The notes beneath the pieces were generated by a model. That model was not told the DNA's origin. It made no database searches and was given only the letters and a program-made list of their open reading frames with translations. 64,000 bases of DNA from Lingula anatina (lineage: Eukaryota; Animalia; Brachiopoda): contig CM120640.1 in assembly GCA_051362555.1 (NCBI GenBank), forward strand, positions 49,020,788-49,084,787, read 5' to 3'. Made by a program: the position numbers and the translations under genes. The first letter of the stretch is position 1. The number at the start of each line of letters is the position of its first letter. This document shows, piece by piece, positions 55,801 through 64,000 of this stretch.

Positions 55801-58800
55801 TACACAAGTCGAGTTGGAAAATCAGCATGATCGGGCCATTTTTAGGGGAGTTATGCGGTTTTTTCATTTTTTTCAGCATAAATGCAACACCGATAACACG
55901 ATAAGTGAAAAACCGTTTTACCTTTTGGCTTGAAACTTACAGAACTGATGAATATTCTTAATACGCAGGTCAAGTTCGAAAATCAGCATGATCGGGCCAT
56001 ATTTGTGGAAGTTATGCTGCTTTTTCACTATTTCAGCATATGTGCAACACCGATAACACATTTCAAGGAAAATTAATTGGCCAATCGTCTTGAAATTCAC
56101 AGGGGTGATCAAATATTCTAAAATACAGATGAGGTTCGAAAATAAGCTTGATCGGTTCAGTTTTGGTGAAATTGTGCCTTTTTTTGTATGAGTCTTTTTT
56201 CCTCGGATTTAATTCTTAGGCATGTTAACAATCTCATTTGTGAACTAATTAGTAATGTAAAGGTGTTCTTTTGACATTTTCTGCATCTTAACAATATTGT
56301 TAGTTGATTATATAAAAATGATGGTAAACCTGTTATTGTGCATTGTGTAATAAAGTGCCAAAAATGGAAATAAACTCATATCTTTACAGTTTGTCAGATT
56401 CAATCATTCACCATGTTCAGAATCTCAGAATGGAACAAATTGGACATTTAAAATTGTTCTATTGATATTTTTCCTATGTCAACAACTTTCTTAGTTGATC
56501 ATTTAAAAACGACAGTAAATTGATTATTTTGATATATGTAAAAAAAAGTGTTGAAAGTGGAAAGAAATTCATTTCAGTACAGTTATCTCTTGTGTACATT
56601 TTGGCATTTTGAAGTTGTGACTCTGAACTTCCATGGCCCTGAAGACCTTTCCATATCAAATTTTCTGAATATCCATGATATTTTTATTTTATTATTAAAA
56701 ATTGATGGTCATTATGCTGTTATGCATTATGTAATATTGCATCAAAATTTAAGACAACCCCATTTTAGACAATGCCTCCATAGTGACCATTAAAGGAAAA
56801 CCAAGTCACTTACTCTTCTCAAACTTATAGAAATGTAGTATAGCACTAAATTATAGCTTCAGTTGGAAAAGCTGTTATATCGGTTAACTTTCTTGGAAAT
56901 TATATAGTTTTTTGTTACAATTAAAATTTTCACATATTAACATTTTCAAGGTGTGACTTAGTCTTTGAACTTCCATTGGCTTGAATACCATTGCTAGTCA
57001 CATCTTTTGAATAGCAATGATACATTTACTTTATTATTAAAAATTGATGGCCATTGTGCTGTTAAGCATTATGTTAAATTGCATAAAAGATGAAAAAAAC
57101 CCTTTTTTGGACATCGCTGCTAGGATGACCATTAAGGAAAAACCATTTTACTTATGATATTCTAACTTACTGAAAAGTTTCATAGGACTGAAGTGTAGCT
57201 TGTGTTGGAAATCAGTGTGATTGTTTTCTGTATTGTAAGCAATGCAGCTGTATGGAGTGCTATATGGGGCTACTGTTTATGGATGGTGGTAATTGTCCCT
57301 TGGGATAATCACTAGCTAAATTCAGAGCTATAAAATTACTTGCCTAATTGATTTTCAAGTGCCCATTAAATAAGATTACATAAAACACACGTTGAGATTT
57401 CCCATTCAAGTCCTATAGGTTAAGCTCTCTTAACTGTGTCACATAATTAGGAATTGGTGATAATTATGCAGGTAAATCTTGTTTAATATTGCAAATAAGT
57501 TTACAAAAGAAAAAAAAAAATTGTAATGCCAACATTAATGCTACAGATGAATAACAGTGCCTTATTATCCTCAAACACATTGGGGTTATTCATATCATGT
57601 TAATACAGCAAGATTAAAAGTTTGAATAGCAGCTTTATTGGAATTTTTTTTTTTTTTTTGTGTTTTCTTTTTAATTTTTTTCTAAACACTGGCATTTTCA
57701 ACTCCCATCCACCTGAAGCTCTTCAGATTTTCTGTATTTCCACATAAGCAGTTGCATAGGTTTTTATGTCTTTAAACATTATGTAATATTATTTTATGCA
57801 CTGTCAACATTTTTCAAATATTGGGATTTTCATTATGTGAATTTGAACTCTCATAGTCCAGAAACTGTTATCTTATTGCAGGGGTGGATTGAGGCCGCCT
57901 TCTGGGTCTTTCAGATGACGGTCATATTTTAAAGTTTACATTGACTGGTATCAATTTTTTTCTGTTGGAAGACCATCAAAAGTGTAGGATGGATCAACAA
58001 AGATACTTTGGAATACTGTCAGAAAATATCTCTGGATCTGCTCCTGTTATTGACCATGTTATCTGTTGTGCATGATTAAAAATCAGTGTTAACTGACTGT
58101 GTTATTATAAGCATTATTTATTATTGCATCAAAATTGACAAAATGACCTATTTTGCATCTTTATTTTCTGTTTTTTTGTCTGTACATTTGACAGCTTTGC
58201 TGCCTTGTTTTTTTTTGCTTTTTCCAGGAAAGGGAAGAGTTGCAAAAGGAAGAAGAGATCCGCAGTAAGGCCCATGCTGCTGAGATGGCACGACTGGAGA
58301 GAGAGGCAGAGGAGCGTGAACGCCAGCGCCGCGTGGAAGAGCAAAAAGAGATACAGAAGAAGCATGCTAAGGAGAGGCTGAAACAACTGAAAGAGACTGA
58401 ATTGGGAGCAAAGGCTTTCAAAGATCTGCATGAAGAGGTGGGTTTTAAGTGCTCATATATTGCATTCCAAATGATTTCGGAACCAGCCAAAATGGATATC
58501 TTTGTTCTAAAGCTATCAGATTGATTTTAAATAGATGACTTAATAAGAGATTGGTGTAGCTATGTGAAAATTATAAGTTAAGTTGTTTTTCTCAAGTGTG
58601 TTTTGGTGCAAACACATATAGTTTGATAAAAAACATTATCAACTTGTTGATCTGGCTTTGATAAATATTTAATATGTGCATAATGACGCTCATATCTGTT
58701 GATATAGGATATTGTTGAGCTGGATGCAGATGAGATCCTGGCCAGACAGGTGGAGCAGTTGGAGAAGGAGAAGAAGGAACTGCAAGAAAGGCTAAATGCT

Positions 58801-61800
58801 CAGTCTAAGAAGGTGGATGAAAATTTGTCTGCAGAATTAATGCTCATAGTGACACATTAAACACTGATTATCTGACAAGTTTCTTCAAAATTGAAATATT
58901 ATGGTAAATTTGTAATGTTTAATTTAGTGCTTTACTAGGGAAGATAACATTGCCAACAATATTGCATTTGGTGTTGTAGGTTGATCATCTTGCTAGAGCC
59001 AAATGTCTGGAAGAGATTCCACTATTGAAGCAGCAATATGAAGAGGAGAAAGTTAAGCTCAGAGAGTTTTGGGAGCAGGAGGAACAAGAAAGAGTATGTA
59101 GAAGCAAGTTATTTGCTTTTGGTTATTTATTTAATGATTATTTTAGTCATATTTTGTGTTTTGGCTTTCTTTAATGTTTTTATTGTGTGTTTGATACCAC
59201 ATAATGTGTACTTTAGATTGAAAAGATCATGGCTGAACGTGAAATGGCTCTGGAGCACAGTGATCGTCTGAAGAGAATGATGGAAGACAAGGATGCTTTC
59301 CTGAAGAAAATTGCCCAGGCTAGAATGTCTGTCTACAAGGTGAAATATTAATAATTTGAGTTTTTAGTGTGGGTTATTTTAAAAGACAAATGTGATTTAA
59401 CTGAGTCTTCATGTAGAATTAATTGTCTAATAATGGTTGCTCGTAGGAAGAATCTCAATACCTTATCAGAACTGTTAATAATCTTAAAAGGCCTATCACC
59501 CTTGCAGGAAAAACTTGCTGAGTTTAATAAGAAATTGGCAGAAGAGCGCAAGAAACGCCTGCAGAAGAGAAAGGAAATGCGCATCAAGGAACGTCGCCAG
59601 AAACGTCAAGAAGAAAAAGAAGAGGCTGAGCAAAGAGCTAGAGAAGAGGCAATGAAGAGAGGTAAGTGTACCGTGCTCAGAGTTTACTTTTGAATTTATG
59701 CTTTTAATGGATTTTTACAAAAGGAATAAGTAACCACACTTCTCTGCATTTGTTTGGAGATATTTGTCTGTTTGTTTGAAGTAAAATTGTTTTTGCAGAG
59801 CGAGAAGAAAAGGAGAGAATTGAAAGGGAGCAGAGAGAGGAGGAGGAGAGGCAGTATGAGGAGAAGATGAGAAAGCTGGAAGAGATAGCAGAAAAGCAAA
59901 GGCAGAAGGAAAGAGAGATAGAGGAAAGAGAAGCTAAGAGGAGAGAAGAAATGTAAGTAAAAATATCATGTTTGGGTGATAATGTCATTACAATATAAAA
60001 TGTAGGATAATCCAAAATTCTACCTTATCATACAGCATGATGAATCCTGCAAAAGTGCGCATGCGCACTGGAAGCATCATCATGTGTTTGCAATCTTGAG
60101 AAGCGTCTAGTCGACCCTTTTGTAGCTCGATTATTCACATAAATTTTTCCCAGTTCTATCGACAAAACAACAAAAAAAGTTTTGACTTTATTGCCAATAG
60201 ATTTATTGTCCTTTTGAAGAACGAATTGGGAGATTTTCTTCCCTTTAGCACTGGGCGTGAGGCCTTTTTTGGTGCTGAGCTGGACTGGAGTGTTGAAAAA
60301 CATTGAAACCCTGGATTTGACCCTTTCTGGTTTCTCCCATGTTGATAGTTAATCATATTGATCTTGTGCTGGTGATAAGCAGTTTTGCACTTGATATTTG
60401 CAGAAGGGGGCAAGATGATCGTGGAGGTGACCAGAGAGAGGAACGTGGAGGTGCATGGAGAGCACCTGTCAGAGGAGGTGGCTGGAGAGAGAGAGAAAAA
60501 GAAAGAGAATTGAGCTGGAAAAAAAGGTGAAGTATATATTGCTTTCAACTTTAAATGTGATTTTCTTTATGAAAGAGTATTTATTGTATAGTTGAATTCA
60601 GATATTGAAAAATATAAATGCATTAATCTTTGCTTTTATATATTTTGTCTGAAATGGTGTTTGGCAAAAAAGAGGGATAAAAGAAGCCATGTTTACTTAT
60701 TGGGGTACCAAATTTGTTTCAGGGATGATGGTGATGGTGGGCGTGAACATGACTGGCGTAGAGGTGAAGGTCCTAGGATTGAGCGCGATTTCAGGAGAGA
60801 TGAGCCAAGGGATTTGCGCAAAGATGAACGTGGACCTGACAGAGATTTCCGACGTGATGACAGAGGCCCTCCAGATAGAGATATGCGCAGAGACGACCGA
60901 GGCCCTGACAGAGATTTCCGCAGAGATGCTTCACCAAGGGGTGGTTTTGGCCGTGGTGGAGATGATGGAAGACCACCAGCACGAGATGACAGAGATTGGG
61001 GTCGCCGTGGTGATGACAGAGATTGGGGAAGAAGAGAGCCTCCTCGTGATGATTGGAGGAGAGGCCCACCTGCCAGAGATGAGAGAGACAGCAGGATGCC
61101 TTATAGAGATATCAGGGAAGAACATCGAGACAGCAGAATGCCTGCTAGAGACATCAGAGAGGAGAGAGATGGGAGAATGCCAGCCAGAGACATAAGAGAA
61201 GACCGTGACAGCAGAATGCCAGCTAGAGATATCAGAGAGGATAGAGATTTTGGCAGGCGTGATGGCCCACCAAGAGATGACTGGCGCAGAGGTCCACCAA
61301 GAGATGATCGCGATGGTGGAGGATGGCGTCGTGGCGGAGATGAAAGAGGACCACCATCCAGAGATGACTGGGGTGGCCGTGGAGGAGGCAGAGATATGAG
61401 AGGTGCTGGCAGAAATGAAGAGAGGGAATGGAGAAGAGGTGGGATTGCCAGGGATGAGAGCTTTTATAAAAGAAAATATGTCCTTCAAAATTATTAAGAT
61501 AATGACTTTTAATATGTAATTTTTTAATAGACAATTAAAGTTTTATTTGTCAATAGCTGTATAAAATGAACTGAGATTTACAAGCCAATATTTCCAGTGG
61601 ATTTTTTTTCCTATAAAACTTAACAAGAATATACCAAATATGGGATTTGGTTGTGAATTGAATGTAAATTGATTGTAAGCTAAATGACAATTGCTGACTT
61701 AATTGAAAAAAGAAATAGGATCCCAGTGCAGTAGGATAAACTTAACCTTTGATGGTGAAAATAGACTGAATTTCTAGACTATATTTTACTTAAGTAACCC

Positions 61801-62072
61801 ATTATTGTGTATTTCAGGTGATACAAAAGATGCCCCAAGCAGGGATAAGAGAGGTAAAAAAAATTCTTCCTAGGGCGCCAGTTTGAAATTATTAATCTTA
61901 TATTTTGTGGAGTTTAACTGTAAATTATTCGGGTGTCAGGTTTATGAAAATTTTCTAAACATGTTCTGGATAACACAGTTTCTCATCTAGAAATCATGTA
62001 ACTTTTGGAATATTTAAGTTTTCATTCCATTTTGCAGGGGATGGCGATGAATGGACGACAGTCAAGTACTGA
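49897..62072 (+). CDS. EIF3A: Eukaryotic translation initiation factor 3 subunit A (multi-exon)
   Basis: [17 protein letters not shown]|[26 protein letters not shown]; [22 protein letters not shown]; PCI region; charged coiled coil; D/R/G/P-rich repeat exon at 60723-61438; ends [11 protein letters not shown] at 62072. Confidence 0.96.
52786..52918 (+). ncRNA. Intronic H/ACA snoRNA (SNORA17/SNORA43-like)
   Basis: Hairpin 1 tgccctc...gagggca; H box aaacca; hairpin 2 gatgg...ccatc; ACA at 52913-52915 followed by 3 nt. Pocket 1 (aggcgtt / gtcata) is complementary to the conserved 28S sequence UAUGAC-UG-AACGCCU recalled from memory. Confidence 0.8.
54436..58210 (+). mobile_element. Helentron-like (HINE) element, TGTACAGACA family, filling most of an eIF3a intron
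   Basis: 5' tttttatgtacagacacagatgtgtctgtacata palindrome; (cgt/cgc)n microsatellite; 161-bp units (cagcatgatc at 54623, 54784, 54945); 3' tgtctgtacatttgacagctttgctgcc. Confidence 0.75.
57879..58046. mobile_element. 168-bp MITE (same family as 23104-23271)
   Basis: caggggtggat...atctgctcctg flanked by duplicated ttattg; reverse-complement homology to the LINE-nested copy. Confidence 0.8.
60033..60282 (+). ncRNA. Candidate long C/D-box or scaRNA-like intronic RNA (tentative)
   Basis: cagc-ATGATGA at 60033-60043 and CTGA-gctg at 60275-60282 form a C box, D box and 4-bp terminal stem; no convincing target identified. Confidence 0.25.
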
Positions 62073-62509
62073 GCTGCCAAATTTCGAGAATCATTTCATC
62101 TTGGAATTATCATAAGTTTAAAAAACTTAAATGTAACTTAGTTATATTAGGAGGGGGAAAGAAAGAAACAACTGAAGAATAATGCTTAGCAGAAATTGCC
62201 AAACAATTTGGATTTTAAGAATTAGAAAAATATTAACATTATAGACTTACAGTGCATGTTAAATATTCTAACAATTTACAGCCTTGCCAACTTTGTTAAA
62301 GGAATTGATTTGAAAATTGCTTGTAAAGATATCATGAAGTTCTTTGGACATATACCAACCTGCCATTTTTTGCCAATATGCTGAAACTGTTTGGATCACG
62401 TACATTTAAAGAATTTTAATGGAGCAGAAATTATCAGGGTGAAACAGACTTGTGAAAAGTGTCAAAATTGCCCCAGTTAAATGTCTTTGATATAACCTAT
62501 TTCAAATTG

Positions 62510-62815
62510 ACAGATAAAGGCACATTGGATCTTCAAATTTAAAGATGGTGTGATTAAAGGTTTTTCTTTACAAAAAAAGTTAAAACTCATTATTGGCATG
62601 AACAGACGAGAATTGTGAATTGTACCTTGATCTGAAAGTAAACTTTGTCTTTGGTGTAATCTTTGTTTCAAATCGACAAATAAAGGCAAAATGGATCTTC
62701 AAATTTAAAGATGGTGCAACTTAAGGTTTTTCTTTATAAAACATTTATTTCAAGTATCATTAGTGCAATGAACAGATGAAAATTGTGAATTGTACCTTAC
62801 TATGAAAGTAAACTC
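62510..62815. repeat. Two-unit diverged tandem duplication (about 165 bp)
   Basis: ataaaggca..tggatcttcaaatttaaagatggtg..aattgtgaattgtacctt..tgaaagtaaact occurs twice. Confidence 0.75.
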
Positions 62816-63034
62816 GTGGAATGATTTGAGAGCTCCCAAATTGCCTCCCAAGTTCAAAATGCGCTGCAGCTGAGTACTACATTTAAGTGCATTTCTTGTG
62901 TAATTATTCAGCTAGGCATGATTGTTTTCAAGCGGAGACCCACTCTGCAAATACAATGCCATGTTGGGACTGGACAACATGACACAATTTTGCTACACCT
63001 AATGTTAAACTTAATGAAGTTTCTAAAATGATTT

Positions 63035-63484
63035 TCAGTCGTCTGCCCTGGTCTTCCTTCGTTTTGTTTTGCCTCCTTCCTGCTCAGCTGATTGTCTGCG
63101 AGATCCACGCTTCTGTTCTTCTTCCTAAAAACATGTAAAAATTCTTTTGTCATGAGACTGAAAAATGGTGAATGGCTTGTTAAAGTTAATTAAGTTTTTA
63201 AGTTCACTTGAAAGACCATCTCACAAATTAATGGAAAGTGTAGATATGACAAGGTCACAGATATTCTAAATGAAGTCTGTGGTAGCACAAAGAAGAAACT
63301 GGACAGGAACAAATCCAAGAACCGAATCCAGTTAGGTATATGCTTACTGCCTAACATAGCTGTATTGGAAATAGGTTGAATTCCAAGCATTTACCTTATC
63401 ACTGGCTGCTGTATCAGATCTTCTATTTCCTCGCAGCATCTTGGTTTCTGATGACTGGACCATCAGCTGTGTGCTGACAAATTG
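63035..63484 (-). CDS. Probable terminal exons of an unidentified gene convergent with eIF3a
   Basis: 90-nt AG/GT-bounded exon 63395-63484 (QFVSTQLMVQSSETKMLRGNRRSDTAASDK) in frame with a final exon of about 63035-63124 (EEEQKRGSRRQSAEQEGGKTKRRKTRADD*). Confidence 0.45.
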
Positions 63485-64000
63485 CTGTAGGCAAATTAAT
63501 ATATTTGTCAATTGGATGAATAGTTAAGCATTAATAATAATATGCAAGTAAAATAATTTTTTCAAATGAAGAAATGTTTCAAGTTTCTTCTTCTTATGGG
63601 AAACTGAATGTTTTAAAATATTTCTGCAATGGAAAATTACAACTGCTCTCACTCCTTTGGAAGTACTTCATATATTATACTTAATTACATAAAGAAGCAT
63701 GAGCACTTACTAAAATGTTGCTGAAAATGTGTCAAGAAAATCCAATGGTAATTTTTTGTAACACTAATGAAACTTGCCCACAGTTCCAGACCTGAGATAT
63801 TCTAGGAGTATAACCATCTCAGTAAGTATTATTATCCATTCCTCTTAAGACAAGCCAACATAATTTTCCCCCTTTCTATTATCTTCCTTGGACCTGCTAT
63901 TGTGGTTCCATAAAGTTAAGGCAAGGTACATTTGGCTCTTTATTTTCATAGCAAAAAATGAAAAAAAGTACAGAGGGGTAAAACCTGTCAAAGTGTAAAA

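Noticed and set aside
60689-61534. Several overlapping ORFs on both strands
   Set aside because: Shadow frames of the repetitive eIF3a exon.
61868-62005. Possible second H/ACA snoRNA in the last eIF3a intron
   Set aside because: Two weak hairpins but no correctly placed H and ACA boxes.

Overview
AT-rich eukaryotic (animal, probably lophotrochozoan/mollusc-like; inferred, not proven) genomic DNA with spliceosomal introns. About 1-18.5 kb is a field of decayed, partly nested transposons: a DIRS/Ngaro-type tyrosine-recombinase element, several SGNH-hydrolase cassettes, and Harbinger, Gypsy, FLYWCH/MULE, CACTA-like and hAT fragments. About 19-62 kb holds four housekeeping genes: DIS3L (-), an SRSF10/12-like SR protein (+), DENND10/FAM45A (-) and eIF3a (+). 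The tail of an unidentified minus-strand gene follows. Introns carry a recent L1/Tx1 LINE with a nested MITE, Helentron-like elements with 146-bp and 161-bp tandem arrays, and at least one H/ACA snoRNA. The most notable signals are: (1) an AT-AC U12 intron in the SR-protein gene that encloses a competing U2 donor and a stop-containing, CAAG/AAAGACAA-rich candidate poison exon; (2) a multi-copy mobile cassette that appears to encode only an SGNH hydrolase; (3) an eIF3a-intronic H/ACA snoRNA with readable 28S guide pockets. All calls were read by eye with no database searches, and exon boundaries may be off by a few nt.
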